This document shows, piece by piece, positions 19,498-30,565 of a DNA stretch of 64,000 nucleotides (position 1 is the stretch's first letter; each line of letters starts with the position of its first letter). The notes beneath the pieces were generated by a model. It had not been told where the DNA came from, did not search any database, and saw only the letters and a program-made list of their open reading frames with translations. Location of the stretch: positions 96,001-160,000 of the IMG/VR virus record IMGVR_UViG_3300048598_000287; one strand, written 5' to 3'. Made by a program: the position numbers and the translations under genes. This stretch comes from a virus (Duplodnaviria; Caudoviricetes).

Positions 19498-21099
19498 TTA
19501 CACGATGATTCCGGCCTGACCTCTATGAACATCCGAAGATTTGCCGTCGGATGGATGATCGAAATACCCGTTCTTAGTTTTCAGATTGGCATGCTGTATC
19601 GACGATATCCGGTCATCTATAGCAGCTTTCATGTCGGATATGAGCGTTTCCTGGTTCCCGTCTGAAAGATATATTAAATCATCTATGATTCCTGCTATGT
19701 GAGCATGGGTGAAATTATTAGCTATGCATTTGTTTATAACTTCGACAAGGCATTCATTTTTCAGAGATATGACGGAAGGCATTTCAATTCCGGCATTGTC
19801 ATATCGTTTCCGCATTATATCAAATACGACTTCCTTCGTCCTTGGATTATCTATATATATTATCTTGTCAGTCCTTCCAGGACGGGTAGTTATGGAAGAA
19901 TGAACCCGGGTAGGTTCATTTACCGTCATTATGGTTATCCCGCTATAAGCTGTACGGATATCCTTGCCATCCATGCATTCTATGAATGCCGACGTTTTCG
20001 CTGATTTTTCGCTTAAATTAAGTGCATCTATGTCATCGAATATGCATATTGACTTGGGAAAGAAATGAAGCGTTTTGAACACTTCGCGAATGGCGGAGGT
20101 CGTAAGGGAAGAAGAATCCACCCAGAATATGGGAATGTCAGTGAAATGTTCGACCATCTTCTGTATAGATGCCGTTTTCCCCGTTCCAGGATCTCCTATG
20201 AACATATACCCGCGATGCTTCCCTATGGAAAGGCATTTCTTCATTTCGCCAATTACCCCGTCCATGTCAAAGTTGTTTATCGCAAATGGAATAACGGTAC
20301 GGGGAATGGCCTGCATATCACCGAACGGATCAAGCTTTATATAATTTTGAGAAACATCTAAGCATTCCACATAATTCCGAAGCGCTATCATAATGATTGA
20401 TTGTGATATGTCGTGGATGACGTTTGCATCCATTTCATTTACTATGTCATCCTCAGTAACTTGGTAAGCTTTGAAGGCGATTACAAATTCTCCCTTAGAA
20501 GATGCCGCAGAAGTGACCTTATCGCTAGCATTGCTATTGAAATATACGCAACGGACAAAAAGTTCAGATCCCTTGAACACCTCTATGTCTCCATTATACT
20601 GAAGCACATAATTTACCCGTACATCAGTGTTTTTATCACTCCTATCGTATTCAATCTTCTTTATGGCAAAATTTCCACGGGATTCCAATGCACGTATATT
20701 TTCCGCAAAAAGACGGGTCACTTCTGAATTCAGTGCAAAATCACTTATATCAAGTTCATCCACATTATTTACAGGTAGGTATTTCATGATATAGTCGAAT
20801 TGTGTAGTTGCGATGAGATTCTTTTTGGTGAGCGTTCCCTCTATCTCCGATATGAACTTCGTTGATTTAAGGCAAATAAGGCCAAGATCACTGAGTTTAC
20901 GATATACACTTCCGGGAGAAGATGCCCGGTGAAGTATTTCGAATAGATCTGAAAGATTGCTGTTTATTTTCCCTGATATGTTGCCTGAATTACCATGCAG
21001 TACGCTTTTAATCCAGTCTATTTTTTCCAGTATTGTGTATCCGGCCCAGGTCTCGACCGGAGTAAAATCTATTTTAAACTGCTGCTTGTCCTTAGCCAT
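19498..21099 (-). CDS. AAA+ ATPase
   Basis: GDPGTGKT, IFDDID, TVN, RPGR. Confidence 0.85.
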   Translation of the reverse strand: MAKDKQQFKIDFTPVETWAGYTILEKIDWIKSVLHGNSGNISGKINSNLSDLFEILHRASSPGSVYRKLSDLGLICLKSTKFISEIEGTLTKKNLIATTQFDYIMKYLPVNNVDELDISDFALNSEVTRLFAENIRALESRGNFAIKKIEYDRSDKNTDVRVNYVLQYNGDIEVFKGSELFVRCVYFNSNASDKVTSAASSKGEFVIAFKAYQVTEDDIVNEMDANVIHDISQSIIMIALRNYVECLDVSQNYIKLDPFGDMQAIPRTVIPFAINNFDMDGVIGEMKKCLSIGKHRGYMFIGDPGTGKTASIQKMVEHFTDIPIFWVDSSSLTTSAIREVFKTLHFFPKSICIFDDIDALNLSEKSAKTSAFIECMDGKDIRTAYSGITIMTVNEPTRVHSSITTRPGRTDKIIYIDNPRTKEVVFDIMRKRYDNAGIEMPSVISLKNECLVEVINKCIANNFTHAHIAGIIDDLIYLSDGNQETLISDMKAAIDDRISSIQHANLKTKNGYFDHPSDGKSSDVHRGQAGIIV

Positions 21100-21119
21100 T
21101 GATTGCTCCGTAGAAAATT

Positions 21120-21470
21120 TTACTCTTCATCACCATCGGATTTCTCACCCTCTGTGTATTCATTTCCATCATCCGACTTCGTACCAGGTAGGTCATTTCC
21201 GTCAAACCGGACATTTACTTCACGGACGCATCCGAACCGGCACATGCGGTATACAATATATGCCATTCTATATACGATATACAATATAACTCCGGCAAGC
21301 ATGAACTTATATGCCCGTTCAAGCTTCTTTGAATCACCGAAAAAGTCCTTTACGGCTCCGAATATGCCCAAAAGGTCAAAAATTGAAGAAAATACTGATT
21401 TCATGGCAATCCTGTTAATGAGTTGCCTTAAATATACCTTTTTAACGGATGATTCCAAAGGGAATACCAT
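21120..21470 (-). CDS. Small membrane protein upstream of the AAA+ ATPase
   Basis: Hydrophobic FMLAGVILYIVY segment and acidic tail. Confidence 0.5.
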   Translation of the reverse strand: MVFPLESSVKKVYLRQLINRIAMKSVFSSIFDLLGIFGAVKDFFGDSKKLERAYKFMLAGVILYIVYRMAYIVYRMCRFGCVREVNVRFDGNDLPGTKSDDGNEYTEGEKSDGDEE

Positions 21471-21492
21471 TTTTTTCAAAAAAATGCACCCA

Positions 21493-21501
21493 TATAAACT
21501 T
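21493..21501 (+). promoter_or_regulatory. Putative late promoter TATAAACTT
   Basis: Motif upstream of the tail sheath gene. Confidence 0.6.
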
Positions 21502-21533
21502 TAGCATGAAGTGAACCAAGATATGAGGATATT

Positions 21534-24500
21534 ATGGCAACAAGAGGAAGTCCCGGAGTAGCGATAAAAATCGAGGATTATTCAGGGTATTCTTTCATAG
21601 ACAATCCGTCAGTTATAGGCGGAGTTGTTGGATTTTCTTCCCGCGGCGAATTTAACAAGATCATTAAAATAACTAACACGTCCGTTCAGGACACGGTGCT
21701 TGGGCTTGGATATAATCAGCCTAAGTACAACATGGGCATGTATGCCACCAGAGCCGTCCTTAATAACGGCGGGCATGTGCATTTCGTGCGTCCGTATGGA
21801 GAACAGGTAGACAAGACTGATTCATATCAGTCCGACCTTAAATCCGATGCGTTCGTTGTCGCATTTGACCGCGGAGCGTCGAGAAGCGATTACGTAGATA
21901 AATCAGGACTTGGAAACACGTCCCTTGACATACGGCATTTCGCTGCCACGCGATATGTGTCGGATGGATTCAGCGGATTCGGCGGAAAGCGGAAGATCAA
22001 CACCATCCAGGAAGCTATTTCCACGGGTTCTAACGTTGATTTTCAGCTCACCGCAGGTGAGGAATTCAATGAAGATGGAAAAGACAGCGATGTACGGTCA
22101 GACACCAATGCCGTCCTTTTCGCATTGGTAAATGCCGATCCTACTGCCTCCATACGTGCAGCAGATAAGTACACTGCTACGGTTAAGAAAAATTCCGTCG
22201 GCGTATCGGCAAACATCGTCACGCTGATATGCGATTCTGTCCCTTCATTCGAAGTCGGGGATATCATTTATTTCCCGACATCCGATTTCACTGAAGGAAA
22301 TGATTCCGCAGGGAAGGGGAAAACGGCGACGGTCACCAAGATATTGGATTTGACTGTCACCGCTGAATTCAGCGCACTGGATAACGGACTGGCCGACAAG
22401 TCTTCCGTTACATTCTACTGTAACAATGACGATACGACAACGGGAGTGGACTATCTTTCCGTAAAAACGGCGGTTGCCAACAGAGCTGTTAAAAAATATG
22501 GCGAAGCATCTATAAAAGATGTCAATGACATCAAGATGGGTGCTGCAATAGATTTCCTGAACACTGCTCATTCCACGCTAGCAACGCGAATATATGGACT
22601 TTCCACGACTGAAACCGTTACTCCGGCTGAAGTTAGTGGATCCACGGCAGAATTTACGTTCACTCCGGCAAATTCTGTATTGGAGCAGGGTGATGAGCTG
22701 ACGTTCACAATGGATACTATCCATAGTGTTACAGGAACAGTAACAGGATCATCATCGCCGTATACTGTAAGTACCGATCCTTCTATCGATCCGGCATTGA
22801 CCGTATCGTGTACTTACGGAACGCTAACGAGAAATATTGACGGAACCTACTCTCTTACAACGACAGAAACGCCAGCGTCTTCGATAACGCTTACGTATAC
22901 CGTTGAAGGCACCTTTACTGGAACAGTAAGTTCAATTACGACTTCCGATGTTGCTACAATCAGCATAACGGATTCCACCACTTACGCTGCCATAATGGCT
23001 GCCGGCGTTACAATAACCGGATATGAGATTACGTCCCTTGGAGATGATTCATATGACTCATCCGCTAAAATAGCAACGGTAGCAATTAATACTAACCGTC
23101 CCAAAATAGTTAATGCGCTGACTTTCAGCAATCCGTCTCTTGATGTTACAAGCAAGATCCTCACAGTTACATGCGATGGTGATATTGCAAGTAAACTAGA
23201 CAAGAATGACGCCGTGCTAGTTACAATAGGAGCAAGCACCGGCGAATATACTGGAATAACTGTGGCCACCCCAACAGCTGCAGGAACCAGAACGGTAACG
23301 GGAACTCAGGCATCTATACTTAACTCCGGAACTAGTAAGTATGATGTGACGGTTACTTTTACCTCCGCGATAACAGAACCTGGAGCAGTAGTAACAATAG
23401 GCGGGACAACTCTTACAAAAGAAACCAGCCTAGAATATACTTATGTATCGGATACAGCGGTTACTGGATCCGTTACTGCAACGGTGTCGTTTGAAACTTA
23501 TACGACGCTTACATTCACCGATGCCATATCCGGGGTTCCTTCGGCTATCAAGATAAGGGCAAGAGTCCAGGATGCTGATACAATATCCGTTGGTGATGTC
23601 ATAGAAACAGCCGCAAAGGATAAATATTACGTATCGGTGGTTACAGGATCCGGTGCAATAACACTTACCACATTGGCGGGTGCATCAATCGTAACGGAGA
23701 CCTCACTAGGTTCAACCGTGATTGATCTGACGGCAACGGTAGACAACATGCTTGCCGCATTCGAAAGCGAGGGCCTTGCAATAAACAGCTATGTCGGAGA
23801 GAATGCCACTGCGCTTACTGATCCGGCTGAAATAACAAAATATAACACCACGTCCACATTTGCAGTAAACGTTCCGGCAGGAACATCTACTAACTATTCG
23901 GTGGGAGACGTCGTCTTTTTCATGAAGAAAAAGGATAATTCCACGGATGACGGGACGTTCTCAATGGATGATATGTTCGAGGTGAAGTCAATCAATTCAT
24001 TCAAGGACATAGTGGTACTAAGCACATCTGGAGATGTTTCCGTAAAATTCGGATCCACCACCTCATGGAAGCTGGTAGACCTAACAGCGTCCAATGCAAC
24101 AATATGGGCATCTGGAACAGATGGACTGACTATAAGCATTCTCGGTGCATATAATCTCACCGTTCCGGCTAATGAACAGCTAGACGAATTCATTTCCAAT
24201 GATGACGTCATGTCGTTCACGTACACGGCGTATAACGACGGCATAATCCAGCGCACCGACAAGATAATGGTGAGCGATGACATAGGCATGTCATTCAACA
24301 ACATGGGGCTTGCCACGGTGAAGTATGAAGATGTTGATTTCAGCGGAACTTCGTCTCAGGTGTATGTGCTATCGGCAGAAGGAGATGCCATCGCCCGGAT
24401 GTATGTTTTCGTGACATATCATCTTAACGGCACCGATTATGAATTCGAAGGTACGATATCCCCATATGTGATGAATAAGACCACCAACCTCTATATCGGG

Positions 24501-25658
24501 TATGCTGCGGATTCCGCACTCACCGACACTGGAGTGAGGCTCCTTATAAATGATAGCGGAATACTGGACAACTTCCTCGTCAACAACGCATATGACCTTT
24601 CCCAGACGGTAAAGGACGGACATCTGGATTCAGTTACCACCATGCTCGCATATGATGAACGAGATCCGGCGATCATTTATGATGGAGTATGGAGCTATCT
24701 TCCTGCAAACAACAATGATACGGCGACGCTTTCCAATGCATGGAATCTGTTCCTTGACAAGGACGGCACCGACGTAAGCATGCTGATAGCGGCAGGGACT
24801 GACATATCCAATCTGTTCATGAAGAACAGAGAAACACTTAACGGAACGGTCATTTCCGCAATGCTGAATATATGTGAACTCAGAAAGGACTGCTTCGCGT
24901 TATTCGACGGCGTAGGAGAATCTAACATAGAGACTACTCTGAAGAAGATGATCGGCGCACAGGGATTCGGTATCAAGGGTCGCTGGGGAGCCATGTACGA
25001 CGGAAGAAACATATTCTATGACGGATATTACACTCTTATGAATGTGGAAATCGTCAAATCCATACTGCTGGCCTCCATAATAACCGCCAACGCGGCAAAC
25101 GGAATCTGGTGGCTTCCTCCGGCTGGCGAGACCAATGGGGTAATTCCTACCGAATGGGCGGTCACGGAGAAATATCCTAGATCATTCAAATATCCAGAAG
25201 ACACTACATCTGATATCGCTCGCCTGACATCCATACGGGTAAATCCGACTAGATACAATAGTCAAGGCATGTTCGTCTGGGGAGATTTCACGATGCAGAA
25301 GGAATCTTCCGCATTTGATCAGATACACGTCGCCATGCTAATCGCCGGCATCCATAAGATGGCCTACCATTATCTTGACAAGAAAGTATTCCAGCTAAAC
25401 ACGGCTACCCTCAGGACGAACATACAATCCGATCTTCAGGCTCAGCTGGACATGATCACCAAGTCAAACCCGGCGGGATTGTATTCCGGCGCTGTAATAT
25501 GCGACGACACCAACAATACTGCAGATATGATAGATAAGAATGAACTTCACGTAGATCTTAGGATTAAGCCGACGAAGACATCAAGATGGATCACCCTGAC
25601 CACAAAGGTGGAATCCACCGGAACGTCCAACACTCAAACCACTTCACTCTACGTGTAA
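21534..25658 (+). CDS. Tail sheath protein (gp18-like) with large internal insertion
   Basis: SPGVAIKIEDYS N-terminus; ELRKDCFA, WWLPPAGETNG, VWGDFT, ICDDTNNT..ID..L.VD..IKPTK C-terminus. Confidence 0.92.
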   Translation: MATRGSPGVAIKIEDYSGYSFIDNPSVIGGVVGFSSRGEFNKIIKITNTSVQDTVLGLGYNQPKYNMGMYATRAVLNNGGHVHFVRPYGEQVDKTDSYQSDLKSDAFVVAFDRGASRSDYVDKSGLGNTSLDIRHFAATRYVSDGFSGFGGKRKINTIQEAISTGSNVDFQLTAGEEFNEDGKDSDVRSDTNAVLFALVNADPTASIRAADKYTATVKKNSVGVSANIVTLICDSVPSFEVGDIIYFPTSDFTEGNDSAGKGKTATVTKILDLTVTAEFSALDNGLADKSSVTFYCNNDDTTTGVDYLSVKTAVANRAVKKYGEASIKDVNDIKMGAAIDFLNTAHSTLATRIYGLSTTETVTPAEVSGSTAEFTFTPANSVLEQGDELTFTMDTIHSVTGTVTGSSSPYTVSTDPSIDPALTVSCTYGTLTRNIDGTYSLTTTETPASSITLTYTVEGTFTGTVSSITTSDVATISITDSTTYAAIMAAGVTITGYEITSLGDDSYDSSAKIATVAINTNRPKIVNALTFSNPSLDVTSKILTVTCDGDIASKLDKNDAVLVTIGASTGEYTGITVATPTAAGTRTVTGTQASILNSGTSKYDVTVTFTSAITEPGAVVTIGGTTLTKETSLEYTYVSDTAVTGSVTATVSFETYTTLTFTDAISGVPSAIKIRARVQDADTISVGDVIETAAKDKYYVSVVTGSGAITLTTLAGASIVTETSLGSTVIDLTATVDNMLAAFESEGLAINSYVGENATALTDPAEITKYNTTSTFAVNVPAGTSTNYSVGDVVFFMKKKDNSTDDGTFSMDDMFEVKSINSFKDIVVLSTSGDVSVKFGSTTSWKLVDLTASNATIWASGTDGLTISILGAYNLTVPANEQLDEFISNDDVMSFTYTAYNDGIIQRTDKIMVSDDIGMSFNNMGLATVKYEDVDFSGTSSQVYVLSAEGDAIARMYVFVTYHLNGTDYEFEGTISPYVMNKTTNLYIGYAADSALTDTGVRLLINDSGILDNFLVNNAYDLSQTVKDGHLDSVTTMLAYDERDPAIIYDGVWSYLPANNNDTATLSNAWNLFLDKDGTDVSMLIAAGTDISNLFMKNRETLNGTVISAMLNICELRKDCFALFDGVGESNIETTLKKMIGAQGFGIKGRWGAMYDGRNIFYDGYYTLMNVEIVKSILLASIITANAANGIWWLPPAGETNGVIPTEWAVTEKYPRSFKYPEDTTSDIARLTSIRVNPTRYNSQGMFVWGDFTMQKESSAFDQIHVAMLIAGIHKMAYHYLDKKVFQLNTATLRTNIQSDLQAQLDMITKSNPAGLYSGAVICDDTNNTADMIDKNELHVDLRIKPTKTSRWITLTTKVESTGTSNTQTTSLYV

Positions 25659-25670
25659 TGGAGGAATTTT

Positions 25671-26396
25671 ATGGCAAGTAATAACACAATAGGCGATGAA
25701 GGAAAGAAAAAACTGTTCTTTGGCTCTGCCGTAGACAGCCTGGCCGATCCTTTCAGAACCACCAGATGGCGAATGCTCATTTCCACAAGTATTTTCAATG
25801 CTTTTGGTATGGATCTTCAAAATCACGATCAGTTCAATGTTCAGGACGGTGAATCGGAATTTGCACTATATGTGCAGGATCCTCCTGCATTGCCTTCCGT
25901 AGGACTGACTGATGCGGCATTACATTACATGGGATTCAACAAATGGTATGTTACCGGTCAAAACGGGCTAGATGGAGAATTCAATATCGGCGGCGTACTT
26001 ACCGAAGATATGGCTCCGCTGGAATCTATGCTTGAATGGAGAAACATGGTATACAACACCGGCGAGCTTACCAAGGCTAACCGCTCTGATGCAAATTATG
26101 ACACTAACAGAATAGCTCAGGATTCCAGCAATAAAATAAGCCTTGGCTTAGGTCAGCAGGCTAACTGGACAAATCCTACCGTTCAGCTTCTTAGAAACCA
26201 AACAGTGACAGTCGAGCTATACGATTGGATGTATGGAAACTGCATCCTTAGCATAACCTATATTAATGCCTGGCCAAAACAAGTGAGCATTCCATCTAAT
26301 CTTACTTATCAACAAGCGGACCTTGGAAAATGGAGTGCAAAATTCAGATACGACAGATTCACCATGTGGATTCCTGGCGGATATATATATAAGTAA
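25671..26396 (+). CDS. Tail tube protein (gp19-like)
   Basis: Follows sheath; DPFRTTRWRM, NAWPKQV, FRYD. Confidence 0.8.
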   Translation: MASNNTIGDEGKKKLFFGSAVDSLADPFRTTRWRMLISTSIFNAFGMDLQNHDQFNVQDGESEFALYVQDPPALPSVGLTDAALHYMGFNKWYVTGQNGLDGEFNIGGVLTEDMAPLESMLEWRNMVYNTGELTKANRSDANYDTNRIAQDSSNKISLGLGQQANWTNPTVQLLRNQTVTVELYDWMYGNCILSITYINAWPKQVSIPSNLTYQQADLGKWSAKFRYDRFTMWIPGGYIYK

Positions 26397-26413
26397 TTAT
26401 CTAGATTTATATG

Positions 26414-26440
26414 AAAAGGCGAGCATCAGCTCGCCTTTTT
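26414..26440. terminator. Bidirectional intrinsic terminator
   Basis: AAAAGGCGAGC-ATCA-GCTCGCCTTTTT. Confidence 0.85.
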
Positions 26441-26465
26441 CACATCCGCCGTATTTCAGTTTGCA

Positions 26466-26858
26466 TTATTTTAAGAAAGCCTTTCGACTACTTCTTCCTT
26501 CTGCGAGTAGCGTTATTTGCTTTGCCGTATTATAATCCAGATTATTACATTTCATGCATTCGGTGATTTTAGCACGGAGGGCATCCACACGCTTCCCTCG
26601 GGTAGGATTGTATTTAATATTAACTGACATTCCAGAAAGGCAGTCAAAGGCATGTGCCTGAAGTTTCTTAGACAGTCGGAAGAATGCTTCAGTATTCGTT
26701 TCGGTAAGCAATTCAGGAGCCAGGTGCGTATCGTTTTCCAATGCAACCTGAGCAAGATATGGTTCGAACGAAGATTCTTCATCCGGAGACATGTCAAGTC
26801 CGCGGGTGCGATTTTTTATGAATGATGCTATGGAGAAACTCATCCTAGCATCCCGCAT
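26466..26858 (-). CDS. Probable clamp-loader small subunit (gp62-like)
   Basis: Size and position directly downstream of the gp44-like gene; FEPYL motif. Confidence 0.45.
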   Translation of the reverse strand: MRDARMSFSIASFIKNRTRGLDMSPDEESSFEPYLAQVALENDTHLAPELLTETNTEAFFRLSKKLQAHAFDCLSGMSVNIKYNPTRGKRVDALRAKITECMKCNNLDYNTAKQITLLAEGRSSRKAFLK

Positions 26859-27853
26859 ACATGTAGAAGATCTATAGTCTTTGCCATATATGCATCAATC
26901 ACAGTTAGCGGATTTACCTGACGGTTTGACATGTCTTCATAATAGGCGGTCATCACGCTGAATTTAAGCCTTCCTGCAGGAGGAAGCTTCATGATAAACA
27001 TTTCGGCGAAACTATGGAAGAAACAATCGAAATCAACATATGTTTCCCGTACATATTCCCTAACTTTAATGTCATCTCCAGTAAGTACGATATTCATTAG
27101 GGTTTCTGTGAAATCAACGTTTGGTATTTTGACTTCTCCGTCAATGCTGCATTTATGCTCAAGGAAATTATTGAACAATGTATTTGTCATGAGCCGCATG
27201 TCAGGATAGCATTTTTGAACTATTTCTTTGACCGTATCCTTGTTTACTGTTCCGGAATACGGAGACGTTTCTGTTTCTGCTATGGAAAGCAATCTTACAT
27301 ACATGGCATTTTTCATTACCCGGTCATCAGACGAATAGTCAAAGCTTATAGGAAAACATCTGGATGTTATCGGTTCTGGAAGACGGTAAAATTCATTGCA
27401 TGTAAGAATGAACCGTATGGTACTTTCATTCTGTTCTATCAAGGTTTGCAGCTTACGATAAAAATCCGCCGGATTTCTTGGATGGTCGGCTTCATCTATG
27501 ACGACGAATCTAGGCTTGCCGTCAATCATCTTGGATGATGAAAAGTCTTCTATCTCGTCGAATACGTCACTCTGTGTCTTTGCCGAAAAAAATCTGAATG
27601 TAGTGCCTAGAGTATTGGGAAGCGCCATTGCCAAAGTGGTTTTTCCGGTTCCTGGCTTGCCTGAATATAGCACATAATGACCGAAGGCATTTAGCTTTAT
27701 TGCCGTATCGACAGTGGATCGGATGCTAGGAGGAAGTATCATGTCGGCAACCGTTGTTGGACGATATTTCTGAACCCATAGTGTAAATTCCTGCATCGAC
27801 GATGTCTGTTCACTGGAATCTGAAATGCCTTCTCCGGTAAATATATCAGTCAT
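26840..27853 (-). CDS. Sliding-clamp loader subunit (gp44/RFC-like)
   Basis: WVQKYRP, GKPGTGKT, VIDEAD, FILTCN, SRC, YPDMR. Confidence 0.92.
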   Translation of the reverse strand: MTDIFTGEGISDSSEQTSSMQEFTLWVQKYRPTTVADMILPPSIRSTVDTAIKLNAFGHYVLYSGKPGTGKTTLAMALPNTLGTTFRFFSAKTQSDVFDEIEDFSSSKMIDGKPRFVVIDEADHPRNPADFYRKLQTLIEQNESTIRFILTCNEFYRLPEPITSRCFPISFDYSSDDRVMKNAMYVRLLSIAETETSPYSGTVNKDTVKEIVQKCYPDMRLMTNTLFNNFLEHKCSIDGEVKIPNVDFTETLMNIVLTGDDIKVREYVRETYVDFDCFFHSFAEMFIMKLPPAGRLKFSVMTAYYEDMSNRQVNPLTVIDAYMAKTIDLLHVCGMLG

Positions 27854-28070
27854 TGATTTCTCCTTCTGCTAATTGTACTATAATTATTTTACTTGTTGGA
27901 ATAAGGTCAAGCAAGGTTCCGTTTCCCGTAGGTGCTTTCTGTATAATCTCTATGAAATCTTTTTTCCTTGCCATGGCGTCTTTGATGTATTGGTACATCT
28001 TCAATCCGCCATTAAATCGAAAAGGATCTGAAATTCCATCCATATATATAATTACGTCATCGATTGGCAT
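27846..28070 (-). CDS. Hypothetical protein
   Basis: ORF in operon. Confidence 0.55.
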   Translation of the reverse strand: MPIDDVIIYMDGISDPFRFNGGLKMYQYIKDAMARKKDFIEIIQKAPTGNGTLLDLIPTSKIIIVQLAEGEIND

Positions 28071-28744
28071 AATCCCTCTGATTTCATGAAATTAAGTAAA
28101 TCGGTAGGCTCGGATATGTCAGAATCAGTGATATACTCGGCCCCGTCATGTAATGAAAAAAGAGATGCGACCGCATGTAAAAACCCAATTCCTGAACCGA
28201 AATGAACCATCCTCTTTGATGTCCTTAGATAGGTCTCAAGCATATATGCGGAATGATTTTCTACTATGTCCACGGATTTTCCTTTATTACTAAGAACGGT
28301 AGCAATATCTGAAATATATGTTTTTTTCCCTATATTTGCAAGAATGATTTTATAATCTGATTTGCTTAACGCATCCACATACCTATCTATGTCAGATTCA
28401 TCCCGTATCCTTCCGAAGGACACGGTCTGATCTAGACGTCCAATCGAAGAAAAATCATGCCTGACTGGATATGTCGGATATTTACCCGAATGCCCGAAGG
28501 TAATTACATCATGTATGCCATATGTATCATAGCCAATGCCGTCATAATCGATGAATACCCGTCTGGCTGATCTACGGATTTCCTCTGAAGTTGACTGAAC
28601 GCCTTCTTCTCCATAAAAAAATACTTTTCCCCCGGTGCCTGAATAATAACGGATGTCATGATTAAACGCGGCAGCTGATGATGCCAAAATGTTATGCGAA
28701 GATTCGCTTTCGTTTATCATATTTTTTGAAAAGAATATGTTCAT
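28052..28744 (-). CDS. Hypothetical protein
   Basis: ORF with ATGA overlap to upstream GT. Confidence 0.6.
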   Translation of the reverse strand: MNIFFSKNMINESESSHNILASSAAAFNHDIRYYSGTGGKVFFYGEEGVQSTSEEIRRSARRVFIDYDGIGYDTYGIHDVITFGHSGKYPTYPVRHDFSSIGRLDQTVSFGRIRDESDIDRYVDALSKSDYKIILANIGKKTYISDIATVLSNKGKSVDIVENHSAYMLETYLRTSKRMVHFGSGIGFLHAVASLFSLHDGAEYITDSDISEPTDLLNFMKSEGLCQSMT

Positions 28745-29775
28745 TTAATTTCCGGACCTCCGCTAGACATGCAGTGGGTTTCTAAAAATGCATTCACGTC
28801 GGACAATACTGATTCATATATGGAATTTGGCGTTATATATTTTTTTATGAATGATTTTACATAATCCTGTCCGTCTTCCTCAAGTATTGTCTCCAGCACT
28901 TCAGTTATGGTAGGTGAGAAAGTCCTAAGAAAATATATGGATGTATCGATTTTAAGCGTAGTTCCGTCACCTATTTTTATCACGGCATATCCTTCCAGCC
29001 GATTTTCCGCGGAAAAAATTTCATACATTGTTTCCAAAGAAATGGTTCCGGCAATATATGATGAGAATTCTGAATCAGTCATCCGGCGTATGATGGAGCA
29101 ATATGCCCTGTTCTTAGTATATCGTTCCCCAGATAGATATGAAGCATCATTAGCCTTACGATGCCACATATGAAGAACCGTGCCCGTGGAACATCTAAGT
29201 TCTCTCAGGTTAAACTTTCGCCGCACCTTGAATATGAACGCATCATCTTCAGCTCCCCATCCTGAAAATTCCTCATCAAATCCGCCTACTGCGTCATATG
29301 TTGATTTGGAGAAACAATTTATGAGTCCGGACTGACGGGTTATAGGAATGTTAGAATTATATGCCATTTTTATGGCAGATGCAGAATGTCTGCATTTTAT
29401 CCTTGTTTCAGCTTCATTAAGATAGACGCAGTTAGAATATGGGAAAACCAGAGGGGCATCTTTTCCATGCCGTATAATATTGTCAATTATTTCCCCATCA
29501 ATCCATGAATCCGCATCTATCATTACATAAAGATCGTATTCTGGATGTTTATTGACTGCATTATTAAGCAGTGCAGTCTTATGAAAATTAGAATCAGGAA
29601 TGTCTATGGTATGATGAAATTTTACCCCGTTGACCGGAGTAAATCCATTCTGCTCTACAATGCAGATGTCTGCCCCGGAATTAACTATAATAAGCTGGTC
29701 TATCGAAGCGGTTAAATTTCGTATCCGGCATGCATCTCCGGCATAAAATGCATAAATGTAAAGAACCTTTTCCAT
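28741..29775 (-). CDS. GT2/GT7-like (galactosyltransferase C-terminal type) glycosyltransferase
   Basis: IVEQ, FHKTALLN, IDAD, GGFDEEFSGWGAEDD, HMWH. Confidence 0.85.
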   Translation of the reverse strand: MEKVLYIYAFYAGDACRIRNLTASIDQLIIVNSGADICIVEQNGFTPVNGVKFHHTIDIPDSNFHKTALLNNAVNKHPEYDLYVMIDADSWIDGEIIDNIIRHGKDAPLVFPYSNCVYLNEAETRIKCRHSASAIKMAYNSNIPITRQSGLINCFSKSTYDAVGGFDEEFSGWGAEDDAFIFKVRRKFNLRELRCSTGTVLHMWHRKANDASYLSGERYTKNRAYCSIIRRMTDSEFSSYIAGTISLETMYEIFSAENRLEGYAVIKIGDGTTLKIDTSIYFLRTFSPTITEVLETILEEDGQDYVKSFIKKYITPNSIYESVLSDVNAFLETHCMSSGGPEIK

Positions 29776-29779
29776 AGCG

Positions 29780-30565
29780 TTAATCGATGATTTTAAGTAT
29801 GTCTGATTCGTGTATGTTTGAAAACTCTAGTTCGTTTTTGAATGACCTAATTATATTCATCACTCGTTCCGTACTAGATGGATGGGTTTCATATCCGGTG
29901 TCGTCTCCTTCCATAAAGTATATTGCAAGAGTCATAAGAAGCATTCCATCAACGAACGAACTTCCTATGCCCGTCCCCTGAAGTATCGAGCATGCGAATA
30001 AATCAGCAGAGCGTTCGTCATTTCTGGAAATGTTATTATCACTTCGTTCAGAGTTATCCACATGCCCAAGGCATATGTGTCCGGTCTCATGCCCAATAAT
30101 GCCGGCGATGGACTTTACCGTAAGTTCCTTATACAGAGAAGCCATATTTTCGGAACTATACATTGGAAATTTAGCATAAAAATCCCGGATCCTTTCATAC
30201 TTAATGACTGAAAATACGGAATCACCATATTTGCCGCTGGCAATCATGTTATCGCATATCCAAGAAGCAGACTGCCTTACCAAGGATGCATTCTTTGAAT
30301 TTATATAATATCCAAATATGGGTGAATATATAGACAGCATCGTGCATAATCCTTCGAAACTATATACTGATGATATGCCGTCTTTTTTACCTGCAAATGA
30401 ATTAATAATGGGTTCGTCCATATAAGTATAATGAATATTTTTTACAATATTGCGATATGCTGCATTTTTATTGATATATCCAGATGACCGGCATATATTT
30501 ATTCCGTTGTCCACCATGGAGAATATGTCATATTTAGGGATTTTAACATTGTGCGAGTTTGACAT
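29780..30565 (-). CDS. M48-like zinc metallopeptidase
   Basis: INSFA, GHETGHICLGH, ERSAD, THPSSTER. Confidence 0.8.
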   Translation of the reverse strand: MSNSHNVKIPKYDIFSMVDNGINICRSSGYINKNAAYRNIVKNIHYTYMDEPIINSFAGKKDGISSVYSFEGLCTMLSIYSPIFGYYINSKNASLVRQSASWICDNMIASGKYGDSVFSVIKYERIRDFYAKFPMYSSENMASLYKELTVKSIAGIIGHETGHICLGHVDNSERSDNNISRNDERSADLFACSILQGTGIGSSFVDGMLLMTLAIYFMEGDDTGYETHPSSTERVMNIIRSFKNELEFSNIHESDILKIID

